From NCBI GenBank assembly GCA_964057225.1, contig CAXKVF010000102.1:203-64202 (forward strand): DNA of 64,000 nucleotides, given 5' to 3'. The translations under genes and the position numbers were made by a program. Under the pieces are notes generated by a model. That model saw only the letters and a program-made list of their open reading frames with translations, was not told where the DNA came from and made no database searches. Shown here piece after piece: positions 39,201 through 53,600 of this stretch (positions are counted from its first letter, which is position 1; each line of letters begins with the position of its first letter). Origin of the DNA: Auanema rhodensis (Eukaryota; Animalia; Nematoda).

Positions 39201-42200
39201 TACACGTGATGTGCACTTGGTAAGTAACTCGCTTCACGTGAAAGATAAAGAGATGCGGTTTTCAAAATTAGATTCCCCATGTCCATATTAGTCTAAAAAC
39301 AAATTTTTATTGATATTGGTTCATGGTAAACATGACTTTGAAATTTACGTGAACTTTAATTTATGCTAATTAAATGTACACGTGATGTGCACTTGGTATG
39401 TAACTCGCTTCACGTGAAAGATAAAGAGATGCGGTTTTTAAAATTAGATTCCCCATGTCCATATTAGTCTAAAAACCAATTTTTATTGATATTGGTGCAT
39501 GGTAACCATGACTTTGAAATTTACGTGAACTTTAATTTATGCTAATTAAATGTACACGTGATGTGCACTTGGTATGTAACTCGCTTCACGTGAAAGATAA
39601 AGAGATGCGGTTTTCAAAATTAGATTCCCCATGTCCATATTAGTCTAAAAACAAATTTTTATTGATATTGGTTCATGGTAACCATGACTTTGAAATTTAC
39701 GTGAACTTTAATTTATGCTAATTAAATGTACACGTGATGTGCACTTGGTATGTAACTCGCTCTACGTGAAAGATAAAGAGATGCGGTTTTCAAAATTAGA
39801 TTCCCCATGTCCATATTAGTCTAAAAACAAATTTTTATTGATATTGGTTCATGGTAACCATGACTTTGAAATTTACGTGAACTTTAATTTATGCTAATTA
39901 AATGTACACGTGATGTGCACTTGGTATGTAACTCGCTTCACGTGAAAGATAAAGAGATGCGGTTTTCAAAATTAGATTCCCCATGTCCATATTAGTCTAA
40001 AAACAAATTTTTATTGATATTGGTTCATGGTAAACATGACTTTGAAATTTACGTGAACTTTAATTTATGCTAATTAAATGTACACGTGATGTGCACTTGG
40101 TATGTAACTCGCTTCACGTGAAAGATAAAGAGATGCGGTTTTCAAAATTAGATTCCCCATGTCCATATTAGTCTAAAAACAAATTTTTATTGATATTGGT
40201 TCATGGTAAACATGACTTTGAAATTTACGTGAACTTTAATTTATGCTAATTAAATGTACACGTGATGTGCACTTGGTAAGTAACTCGCTTCACGTGAAAG
40301 ATAAAGAGATGCGGTTTTCAAAATTAGATTCCTCATGTCCATATTAGTCTAAAAACAAATTTTTATTGATATTGGTTCATGGTAAACATGACTTTGAAAT
40401 TTACGTGAACTTTAATTTATGCTAATTAAATGTACACGTGATGTGCACTTGGTATGTAACTCGCTTCACGTGAAAGATAAAGAGATGCGGTTTTCAAAAT
40501 TAGATTCCCCATGTCCATATTAGTCTAAAAACAAATTTTTATTGATATTGGTTCATGGTAACCATGACTTTGAAATTTACGTGAACTTTAATTTATGCTA
40601 ATTAAATGTACACGTGATGTGCACTTGGTATGTAACTCGCTTCACGTGAAAGATAAAGAGATGCGGTTTTCAAAATTAGATTCCCCATGTCCATATTAGT
40701 CTAAAAACAAATTTTTATTGATATTGGTTCATGGTAACCATGACTTTGAAATTTACGTGAACTTTAATTTATGCTAATTAAATGTACACGTGATGTGCAC
40801 TTGGTATGTAACTCGCTTCACGTGAAAGATAAAGAGATGCGGTTTTCAAAATTAGATTCCCCATGTCCATATTAGTCTAAAAACAAATTTTTATTGATAT
40901 TGGTTCATGGTAAACATGACTTTGAAATTTACGTGAACTTTAATTTATGCTAATTAAATGTACACGTGATGTGCACTTGGTAAGTAACTCGTTTCACGTG
41001 AAAGATAAAGAGATGCGGTTTTCAAAATTAGATTCCCCATGTCCATATTAGTCTAAAAACAAATTTTTATTGATATTGGTTCATGGTAAACATGACTTTG
41101 AAATTTACGTGAACTTTAATTTATGCTAATTAAATGTACACGTGATGTGCACTTGGTAAGTAACTCGCTTCACGTGAAAGATAAAGAGATGCGGTTTTCA
41201 AAATTAGATTCCCCATGTCCATATTAGTCTAAAAACAAATTTTTATTGATATTGGTTCATGGTAAACATGACTTTGAAATTTACGTGAACTTTAATTTAT
41301 GCTAATTAAATGTACACGTGATGTGCACTTGGTATGTAACTCGCTTCACGTGAAAGATAAAGAGATGCGGTTTTCAAAATTAGATTCCCCATGTCCATAT
41401 TAGTCTAAAAACAAATTTTTATTGATATTGGTTCATGGTAAACATGACTTTGAAATTTACGTGAACTTTAATTTATGCTAATTAAATGTACACGTGATGT
41501 GCACTTGGTAAGTAACTCGCTTCACGTGAAAGATAAAGAGATGCGGTTTTCAAAATTAGATTCCCCATGTCCATATTAGTCTAAAAACAAATTTTTATTG
41601 ATATTGGTTCATGGTAAACATGACTTTGAAATTTACGTGAACTTTAATTTATGCTAATTAAATGTACACGTGATGTGCACTTGGTATGTAACTCGCTTCA
41701 CGTGAAAGATAAAGAGATGCGGTTTTTAAAATTAGATTCCCCATGTCCATATTAGTCTAAAAACCAATTTTTATTGATATTGGTGCATGGTAACCATGAC
41801 TTTGAAATTTACGTGAACTTTAATTTATGCTAATTAAATGTACACGTGATGTGCACTTGGTATGTAACTCGCTTCACGTGAAAGATAAAGAGATGCGGTT
41901 TTCAAAATTAGATTCCCCATGTCCATATTAGTCTAAAAACAAATTTTTATTGATATTGGTTCATGGTAACCATGACTTTGAAATTTACGTGAACTTTAAT
42001 TTATGCTAATTAAATGTACACGTGATGTGCACTTGGTATGTAACTCGCTTCACGTGAAAGATAAAGAGATGCGGTTTTCAAAATTAGATTCCCCATGTCC
42101 ATATTAGTCTAAAAACAAATTTTTATTGATATTGGTTCATGGTAAACATGACTTTGAAATTTACGTGAACTTTAATTTATGCTAATTAAATGTACACGTG

Positions 42201-45200
42201 ATGTGCACTTGGTATGTAACTCGCTTCACGTGAAAGATAAAGAGATGCGGATTTCAAAATTAGATTCCCCATGTCCATATTAGTCTAAAAACCAATTTTT
42301 ATTGTTATTGGTGCATGGTAACCATGACTTTGAAATTTACGTGAACTTTAATTTATGCTAATTAAATGTACACGTGATGTGCACTTGGTATGTAACTCGC
42401 TTCACGTGAAAGATAAAGAGATGCGGTTTTCAAAATTAGATTCCCCATGTCCATATTAGTCTAAAAACAAATTTTTATTGATTTTGGTTCATGGTAAACA
42501 TGACTTTGAAATTTACGTGAACTTTAATTTATGCTAATTAAATGTACACGTGATGTGCACTTGGTATGTAACTCGCTTCACGTGAAAGATAAAGAGATGC
42601 GGTTTTCAAAATTAGGTTCCCCATGTCCATATTAGTCTAAAAACCAATTTTTATTGTTATTGGTGCATGGTAACCATGACTTTGAAATTTACGTGAACTT
42701 TAATTTATGCTAATTAAATGTACACGTGATGTGCACTTGGTATGTAACTCGCTTCACGTGAAAGATAAAGAGATGCGGTTTTCAAAATTAGATTCCCCAT
42801 GTCCATATTAGTCTAAAAACAAATTTTTATTGATATTGGTTCATGGTAACCATGACTTTGAAATTTACGTGAACTTTAATTTATGCTAATTAAATGTACA
42901 CGTGATGTGCACTTGGTATGTAACTCGCTTCACGTGAAAGATAAAGAGATGCGGTTTTCAAAATTAGATTCCCCATGTCCATATTAGTCTAAAAACAAAT
43001 TTTTATTGATATTGGTTCATGGTAACCATGACTTTGAAATTTACGTGAACTTTAATTTATGCTAATTAAATGTACACGTGATGTGCACTTGGTATGTAAC
43101 TCGCTTCACGTGAAAGATAAAGAGATGCGGTTTTCAAAATTAGATTCCCCATGTCCATATTAGTCTAAAAACAAATTTTTATTGATATTGGTTCATGGTA
43201 AACATGACTTTGAAATTTACGTGAACTTTAATTTATGCTAATTAAATGTACACGTGATGTGCACTTGGTATGTAACTCGCTTCACGTGAAAGATAAAGAG
43301 ATGCGGTTTTCAAAATTAGATTCCCCATGTCCATATTAGTCTAAAAACAAATTTTTTTTGATATTGGTTCATGGTAAACATGACTTTGAAATTTACGTGA
43401 ACTTTAATTTATGCTAATTAAATGTACACGTGATGTGCACTTGGTAAGTAACTCGCTTCACGTGAAAGATAAAGAGATGCGGTTTTCAAAATTAGATTCC
43501 CCATGACCATATTAGTCTAAAAACAAATTTTTATTGATATTGGTTCATGGTAAACATGACTTTGAAATTTACGTGAACTTTAATTTATGCTAATTAAATG
43601 TACACGTGATGTGCACTTGGTATGTAACTCGCTTCACGTGAAAGATAAAGAGATGCGGTTTTCAAAATTAGATTCCCCATGTCCATATTAGTCTAAAAAC
43701 AAATTTTTATTGATATTGGTTCATGGTAAACATGACTTTGAAATTTACGTGAACTTTAATTTATGCTAATTAAATGTACACGTGATGTGCACTTGGTATG
43801 TAACTCGCTTCACGTGAAAGATAAAGAGATGCGGTTTTCAAAATTAGATTCCCCATGTCCATATTAGTCTAAAAACAAATTTTTATTGATATTGGTGCAT
43901 GGTAACCATGACTTTGAAATTTACGTGAACTTTAATTTATGCTAATTAAATGTACACGTGATGTGCACTTGGTATGTAACTCGCTTCACGTGAAAGATAA
44001 AGAGATGCGGTTTTCAAAATTAGATTCCCCATGTCCATATTAGTCTAAAAACAAATTTTTTTTGATATTGGTTCATGGTAAACATGACTTTGAAATTTAC
44101 GTGAACTTTAATTTATGCTAATTAAATGTACACGTGATGTGCACTTGGTATGTAACTCGCTTCACGTGAAAGATAAAGAGATGCGGTTTTCAAAATTAGA
44201 TTCCCCATGTCCATATTAGTCTAAAAACCAATTTTTATTGATATTGGTGCATGGTAACCATGACTTTGAAATTTACGTGAACTTTAATTTATGCTAATTA
44301 AATGTACACGTGATGTGCACTTGGTATGTAACTCGCTTCACGTGAAAGATAAAGAGATGCGGTTTTCAAAATTAGATTCCCCATGTCCATATTAGTCTAA
44401 AAACAAATTTTTATTGATATTGGTTCATGGTAAACATGACTTTGAAATTTACGTGAACTTTAATTTATGCTAATTAAATGTACACGTGATGTGCACTTGG
44501 TATGTAACTCGCTTCACGTGAAAGATAAAGAGATGCGGTTTTCAAAATTAGATTTCCCATGTCCATATTAGTCTAAAAACAAATTTTTATTGATATTGGT
44601 GCATGGTAACCATGACTTTGAAATTTACGTGAACTTTAATTTATGCTAATTAAATGTACACGTGATGTGCACTTGGTATGTAACTCGCTTCACGTGAAAG
44701 ATAAAGAGATGCGGTTTTCAAAGTTAGATTTCCCATGTCCATATTAGTCTAAAAACAAATTTTTATTGATATTGGTGCATGGTAACCATGACTTTGAAAT
44801 TTACGTGAACTTTAATTTATGCTAATTAAATGTACACGTGATGTGCACTTGGTATGTAACTCGCTTCACGTAAAAGATAAAGAGATGCGGTTTTCAAAAT
44901 TAGATTCCCCATGTCCATATTAGTCTAAAAACAAATTTTTATTGATATTGGTTCATGGTAAACATGACTTTGAAATTTACGTGAACTTTAATTTATGCTA
45001 ATTAAATGTACACGTGATGTGCACTTGGTATGTAACTCGCTTCACGTGAAAGATAAAGAGATGCGGTTTTCAAAATTAGATTCCCCATGTCCATATTAAT
45101 CTAAAAACAAATTTTTATTGATATTGGTTCATGGTAAACATGACTTTGAAATTTACGTGAACTTTAATTTATGCTAATTAAATGTACACGTGATGTGCAC

Positions 45201-45234
45201 TTGGTATGTAACTCGCTTCACGTGAAAGATAAAG
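29924..45234 (+). repeat. Large duplication ~29924-35730 vs ~39603-45234 (offset 55 then 54 monomers), with a third partial copy at ~36260-39602
   Basis: Rare variants pair at a constant 9503 bp: A22G 33113/42616, T32A 34003/43506, G41A 35596/45099. The TC>CT doublet occurs at 30083, 36419 and 39762. Confidence 0.9.
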
Positions 45235-45938
45235 AGATGCGGTTTTCAAAATTAGATTTCCCATGTCCATATTAGTCTAAAAACAAATTTTTATTGATAT
45301 TGGTGCATGGTAACCATGACTTTGAAATTTACGTGAACTTTAATTTATGCTAATTAAATGTACACGTGATGTGCACTTGGTATGTAACTCGCTTCACGTG
45401 AAAGATAAAGAGATGCGGTTTTCAAAGTTAGATTTCCCATGTCCATATTAGTCTAAAAACAAATTTTTATTGATATTGGTGCATGGTAACCATGACTTTG
45501 AAATTTACGTGAACTTTAATTTATGCTAATTAAATGTACACGTGATGTGCACTTGGTATGTAACTCGCTTCACGTAAAAGATAAAGAGATGCGGTTTTCA
45601 AAATTAGATTCCCCATGTCCATATTAGTCTAAAAACAAATTTTTATTGATATTGGTTCATGGTAAACATGACTTTGAAATTTACGTGAACTTTAATTTAT
45701 GCTAATTAAATGTACACGTGATGTGCACTTGGTATGTAACTCGCTTCACGTGAAAGATAAAGAGATGCGGTTTTCAAAATTAGATTCCCCATGTCCATAT
45801 TAATCTAAAAACAAATTTTTATTGATATTGGTTCATGGTAAACATGACTTTGAAATTTACGTGAACTTTAATTTATGCTAATTAAATGTACACGTGATGT
45901 GCACTTGGTATGTAACTCGCTTCACGTGAAAGATAAAG
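44531..45938 (+). repeat. Tandem 4-monomer (704-bp) duplication
   Basis: G41A at 45099/45803; the order C25T, A17G+C25T, G166A is repeated. Confidence 0.85.
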
Positions 45939-47698
45939 AGATGCGGTTTTCAAAATTAGATTCCCCATGTCCATATTAGTCTAAAAACCAATTTTTATTG
46001 ATATTGGTGCATGGTAACCATGACTTTGAAATTTACGTGAACTTTAATTTATGCTAATTAAATGTACACGTGATGTGCACTTGGTATGTAACTCGCTTCA
46101 CGTGAAAGATAAAGAGATGCGGTTTTCAAAATTAGATTCCCCATGTCCATATTAGTCTAAAAACAAATTTTTATTGATATTGGTTCATGGTAACCATGAC
46201 TTTGAAATTTACGTGAACTTTAATTTATGCTAATTAAATGTACACGTGATGTGCACTTGGTATGTAACTCGCTTCACGTGAAAGATAAAGAGATGCGGTT
46301 TTCAAAATTAGATTCCCCATGTCCATATTAGTCTAAAAACAAATTTTTATTGATATTGGTTCATGGTAAACATGACTTTGAAATTTACGTGAACTTTAAT
46401 TTATGCTAATTAAATGTACACGTGATGTGCACTTGGTATGTAACTCGCTTCACGTGAAAGATAAAGAGATGCGGTTTTCAAAATTAGATTCCCCATGTCC
46501 ATATTAGTCTAAAAACAAATTTTTATTGATATTGGTTCATGGTAACCATGACTTTGAAATTTACGTGAACTTTAATTTATGCTAATTAAATGTACACGTG
46601 ATGTGCACTTGGTATGTAACTCGCTTCACGTGAAAGATAAAGAGATGCGGTTTTCAAAATTAGATTCCCCATGTCCATATTAGTCTAAAAACAAATTTTT
46701 ATTGATATTGGTTCATGGTAAACATGACTTTGAAATTTACGTGAACTTTAATTTATGCTAATTAAATGTACACGTGATGTGCACTTGGTAAGTAACTCGC
46801 TTCACGTGAAAGATAAAGAGATGCGGTTTTCAAAATTAGATTCCCCATGTCCATATTAGTCTAAAAACAAATTTTTATTGATATTGGTTCATGGTAAACA
46901 TGACTTTGAAATTTACGTGAACTTTAATTTATGCTAATTAAATGTACACGTGATGTGCACTTGGTATGTAACTCGCTTCACGTGAAAGATAAAGAGATGC
47001 GGTTTTCAAAATTAGATTTCCCATGTCCATATTAGTCTAAAAACCAATTTTTATTGATATTGGTGCATGGTAAACATGACTTTGAAATTTACGTGAACTT
47101 TAATTTATGCTAATTAAATGTACACGTGATGTGCACTTGGTATGTAACTCGCTTCACGTGAAAGATAAAGAGATGCGGTTTTCAAAATTAGATTCCCCAT
47201 GTCCATATTAGTCTAAAAACCAATTTTTATTGATATTGGTGCATGGTAACCATGACTTTGAAATTTACGTGAACTTTAATTTATGCTAATTAAATGTACA
47301 CGTGATGTGCACTTGGTATGTAACTCGCTTCACGTGAAAGATAAAGAGATGCGGTTCTCAAAATTAGATTCCCCATGTCCATATTAGTCTAAAAACAAAT
47401 TTTTATTGATATTGGTTCATGGTAAACATGACTTTGAAATTTACGTGAACTTTAATTTATGCTAATTAAATGTACACGTGATGTGCACTTGGTATGTAAC
47501 TCGCTTCACGTGAAAGATAAAGAGATGCGGTTTTCAAAATTAGATTCCCCATGTCCATATTAGTCTAAAAACCAATTTTTATTGATATTGGTGCATGGTA
47601 ACCATGACTTTGAAATTTACGTGAACTTTAATTTATGCTAATTAAATGTACACGTGATGTGCACTTGGTATGTAACTCGCTTCACGTGAAAGATAAAG

Positions 47699-50600
47699 AG
47701 ATGCGGTTTTCAAAATTAGATTCCCCATGTCCATATTAGTCTAAAAACAAATTTTTATTGATATTGGTTCATGGTAAACATGACTTTGAAATTTACGTGA
47801 ACTTTAATTTATGCTAATTAAATGTACACGTGATGTGCACTTGGTATGTAACTCGCTTCACGTGAAAGATAAAAAGATGCGGTTTTCAAAATTAGATTTC
47901 CCATGTCCATATTAGTCTAAAAACAAATTTTTATTGATATTGGTGCATGGTAACCATGACTTTGAAATTTACGTGAACTTTAATTTATGCTAATTAAATG
48001 TACACGTGATGTGCACTTGGTATGTAACTCGCTTCACGTGAAAGATAAAGAGATGCGGTTTTCAAAGTTAGATTTCCCATGTCCATATTAGTCTAAAAAC
48101 AAATTTTTATTGATATTGGTGCGTGGTAACCATGACTTTGAAATTTACGTGAACTTTAATTTATGCTAATTAAATGTACACGTGATGTGCACTTGGTATG
48201 TAACTCGCTTCACGTGAAAGATAAAGAGATGCGGTTTTCAAAGTTAGATTCCCCATGTCCATATTAGTCTAAAAACAAATTTTTATTGATATTGGTGCAT
48301 GGTAACCATGACTTTGAAATTTACGTGAACTTTAATTTATGCTAATTAAGTGTACACGTGATGTGCACTTGGTATGTAACTCGCTTCACGTGAAAGATAA
48401 AGAGATGCGGTTTTCAAAATTAGATTCCCCATGTCCATATTAGTCTAAAAACAAATTTTTATTGATATTGGTTCATGGTAAACATGACTTTGAAATTTAC
48501 GTGAACTTTAATTTATGCTAATTAAATGTACACGTGATGTGCACTTGGTATGTAACTCGCTTCACGTGAAAGATAAAGAGATGCGGTTTTCAAAGTTAGA
48601 TTTCCCATGTCCATATTAGTCTAAATACAAATTTTTATTGATATTGGTGCATGGTAACCATGACTTTGAAATTTACGTGAACTTTAATTTATGCTAATTA
48701 AATGTACACGTGATGTGCACTTGGTATGTAACTCGCTTCACGTGAAAGATAAAGAGATGCGGTTTTCAAAGTTAGATTTCCCATGTCCATATTAGTCTAA
48801 AAACAAATTTTTATTGATATTGGTTCATGGTAACCATGACTTTGAAATTTACGTGAACTTTAATTTATGCTAATTAAATGTACACGTGATGTGCACTTGG
48901 TATGTAACTCGCTTCACGTGAAAGATAAAGAGATGCGGTTTTCAAAATTAGATTCCCCATGTCCATATTAGTCTAAAAACCAATTTTTATTGATATTGGT
49001 TCATGGTAAACATGACTTTGAAATTTACGTGAACTTTAATTTATGCTAATTAAATGTACACGTGATGTGCACTTGGTATGTAACTCGCTTCACGTGAAAG
49101 ATAAAGAGATGCGGTTTTCAAAATTAGATTCCCCATGTCCATATTAGTCTAAAAACCAATTTTTATTGATATTGGTGCATGGTAACCATGACTTTGAAAT
49201 TTACGTGAACTTTAATTTATGCTAATTAAATGTACACGTGATGTGCACTTGGTATGTAACTCGCTTCACGTGAAAGATAAAGAGATGCGGTTTTCAAAAT
49301 TAGATTCCCCATGTCCATATTAGTCTAAAAACAAATTTTTATTGATATTGGTTCATGGTAAACATGACTTTGAAATTTACGTGAACTTTAATTTATGCTA
49401 ATTAAATGTACACGTGATGTGCACTTGGTATGTAACTCGCTTCACGTGAAAGATAAAAAGATGCGGTTTTCAAAATTAGATTTCCCATGTCCATATTAGT
49501 CTAAAAACAAATTTTTATTGATATTGGTGCATGGTAACCATGACTTTGAAATTTACGTGAACTTTAATTTATGCTAATTAAATGTACACGTGATGTGCAC
49601 TTGGTATGTAACTCGCTTCACGTGAAAGATAAAGAGATGCGGTTTTCAAAGTTAGATTTCCCATGTCCATATTAGTCTAAAAACAAATTTTTATTGATAT
49701 TGGTGCATGGTAACCATGACTTTGAAATTTACGTGAACTTTAATTTATGCTAATTAAATGTACACGTGATGTGCACTTGGTATGTAACTCGCTTCACGTG
49801 AAAGATAAAGAGATGCGGTTTTCAAAGTTAGATTCCCCATGTCCATATTAGTCTAAAAACAAATTTTTATTGATATTGGTGCATGGTAACCATGACTTTG
49901 AAATTTACGTGAACTTTAATTTATGCTAATTAAGTGTACACGTGATGTGCACTTGGTATGTAACTCGCTTCACGTGAAAGATAAAGAGATGCGGTTTTCA
50001 AAATTAGATTCCTCATGTCCATATTAGTCTAAAAACAAATTTTTATTGATATTGGTTCATGGTAAACATGACTTTGAAATTTACGTGAACTTTAATTTAT
50101 GCTAATTAAATGTACACGTGATGTGCACTTGGTATGTAACTCGCTTCACGTGAAAGATAAAAAGATGCGGTTTTCAAAATTAGATTTCCCATGTCCATAT
50201 TAGTCTAAAAACAAATTTTTATTGATATTGGTGCATGGTAACCATGACTTTGAAATTTACGTGAACTTTAATTTATGCTAATTAAATGTACACGTGATGT
50301 GCACTTGGTATGTAACTCGCTTCACGTGAAAGATAAAGAGATGCGGTTTTCAAAGTTAGATTTCCCATGTCCATATTAGTCTAAAAACAAATTTTTATTG
50401 ATATTGGTGCATGGTAACCATGACTTTGAAATTTACGTGAACTTTAATTTATGCTAATTAAATGTACACGTGATGTGCACTTGGTATGTAACTCGCTTCA
50501 CGTGAAAGATAAAGAGATGCGGTTTTCAAAGTTAGATTCCCCATGTCCATATTAGTCTAAAAACAAATTTTTATTGATATTGGTGCATGGTAACCATGAC

Positions 50601-53600
50601 TTTGAAATTTACGTGAACTTTAATTTATGCTAATTAAGTGTACACGTGATGTGCACTTGGTATGTAACTCGCTTCACGTGAAAGATAAAGAGATGCGGTT
50701 TTCAAAATTAGATTCCTCATGTCCATATTAGTCTAAAAACAAATTTTTATTGATATTGGTTCATGGTAAACATGACTTTGAAATTTACGTGAACTTTAAT
50801 TTATGCTAATTAAATGTACACGTGATGTGCACTTGGTATGTAACTCGCTTCACGTGAAAGATAAAGAGATGCGGTTTTCAAAGTTAGATTTCCCATGTCC
50901 ATATTAGTCTAAATACAAATTTTTATTGATATTGGTGCATGGTAACCATGACTTTGAAATTTACGTGAACTTTAATTTATGCTAATTAAATGTACACGTG
51001 ATGTGCACTTGGTATGTAACTCGCTTCACGTGAAAGATAAAGAGATGCGGTTTTCAAAGTTAGATTTCCCATGTCCATATTAGTCTAAAAACAAATTTTT
51101 ATTGATATTGGTTCATGGTAACCATGACTTTGAAATTTACGTGAACTTTAATTTATGCTAATTAAATGTACACGTGATGTGCACTTGGTATGTAACTCGC
51201 TTCACGTGAAAGATAAAGAGATGCGGTTTTCAAAATTAGATTCCCCATGTCCATATTAGTCTAAAAACCAATTTTTATTGATATTGGTTCATGGTAAACA
51301 TGACTTTGAAATTTACGTGAACTTTAATTTATGCTAATTAAATGTACACGTGATGTGCACTTGGTATGTAACTCGCTTCACGTGAAAGATAAAGAGATGC
51401 GGTTTTCAAAATTAGATTCCCCATGTCCATATTAGTCTAAAAACCAATTTTTATTGATATTGGTGCATGGTAACCATGACTTTGAAATTTACGTGAACTT
51501 TAATTTATGCTAATTAAATGTACACGTGATGTGCACTTGGTATGTAACTCGCTTCACGTGAAAGATAAAGAGATGCGGTTTTCAAAATTAGATTCCCCAT
51601 GTCCATATTAGTCTAAAAACAAATTTTTATTGATATTGGTTCATGGTAAACATGACTTTGAAATTTACGTGAACTTTAATTTATGCTAATTAAATGTACA
51701 CGTGATGTGCACTTGGTATGTAACTCGCTTCACGTGAAAGATAAAGAGATGCGGTTTTCAAAATTAGATTTCCCATGTCCATATTAGTCTAAAAACAAAT
51801 TTCTATTGATATTGGTGCATGGTAACCATGACTTTGAAATTTACGTGAACTTTAATTTATGCTAATTAAATGTACACGTGATGTGCACTTGGTATGTAAC
51901 TCGCTTCACGTGAAAGATAAAGAGATGCGGTTTTCAAAATTAGATTCCCCATGTCCATATTAGTCTAAAAACAAATTTTTATTGATATTGGTTCATGGTA
52001 ACCATGACTTTGAAATTTACGTGAACTTTAATTTATGCTAATTAAGTGTACACGTGATGTGCACTTGGTATGTAACTTGCTTCACGTGAAAGATAAAAGG
52101 ATGCGGTTTTCAAAATTAGATTCCCCATGTCCATATTAGTCTAAAAACAAATTTTTATTGATATTGGTGCATGTTAACCATGACTTTGAAATTTACGTGA
52201 ACTTTAATTTATGCTAATTAAATGTACACGTGATGTGCACTTGGTATGTAACTCGCTTCACGTGAAAGATAAAGAGATGCGGTTTTCAAAATTAGATTCC
52301 CCATGTCCATATTAGTCTAAAAACAAATTTTTATTGATATTGGTTCATGGTAAACATGACTTTGAAATTTACGTGAACTTTAATTTATGCTAATTAAATG
52401 TACACGTGATGTGCACTTGGTATGTAACTCGCTTCACGTGAAAGATAAAGAGATGCGGTTTTCAAAATTAGAATCCCCATGTCCATATTAGTCTAAATAC
52501 AAATTTTTATTGATATTGGTGCATGGTAACCATGACTTTGAAATTTACGTGAACTTTAATTTATGCTAATTAAATGTACACGTGATGTGCACTTGATATG
52601 TAACTCGCTTCACGTGAAAGATAAAGAGATGCGGTTTTCAAAATTAGATTCCCCATGTCCATATTAGTCTAAAAACAAATTTTTATTGATATTGGTTCAT
52701 GGTAACCATGACTTTGAAATTTACGTGAACTTTAATTTATGCTAATTAAATGTACACGTGATGTGCACTTGGTATGTAACTCGCTTCACGTGAAAAATAA
52801 AGAGATGCGGTTTTCAAAATTAGATTCCCCATGTCCATATTAGTCTAAAAACAAATTTTTATTGATATTGGTTCATGGTAACCATGACTTTGAAATTTAC
52901 GTGAACTTTAATTTATGCTAATTAAATGTACACGTGATGTGCACTTGGTATGTAACTCGCTTCACGTGAAAGATAAAGAGATGCGGTTTTCAAAATTAGA
53001 TTCCCCATGTCCATATTAGTCTAAAAACAAATTTTTATTGATATTGGTTCATGGTAAACATGACTTTGAAATTTACGTGAACTTTAATTTATGCTAATTA
53101 AATGTACACGTGATGTGCACTTGGTATGTAACTCGCTTCACGTGAAAGATAAAAAGATGCGGTTTTCAAAATTAGATTTCCCATGTCCATATTAGTCTAA
53201 AAACAAATTTTTATTGATATTGGTGCATGGTAACCATGACTTTGAAATTTACGTGAACTTTAATTTATGCTAATTAAATGTACACGTGATGTGCACTTGG
53301 TATGTAACTCGCTTCACGTGAAAGATAAAGAGATGCGGTTTTCAAAGTTAGATTTCCCATGTCCATATTAGTCTAAAAACAAATTTTTATTGATATTGGT
53401 GCATGGTAACCATGACTTTGAAATTTACGTGAACTTTAATTTATGCTAATTAAATGTACACGTGATGTGCACTTGGTATGTAACTCGCTTCACGTGAAAG
53501 ATAAAGAGATGCGGTTTTCAAAGTTAGATTCCCCATGTCCATATTAGTCTAAAAACAAATTTTTATTGATATTGGTGCATGGTAACCATGACTTTGAAAT

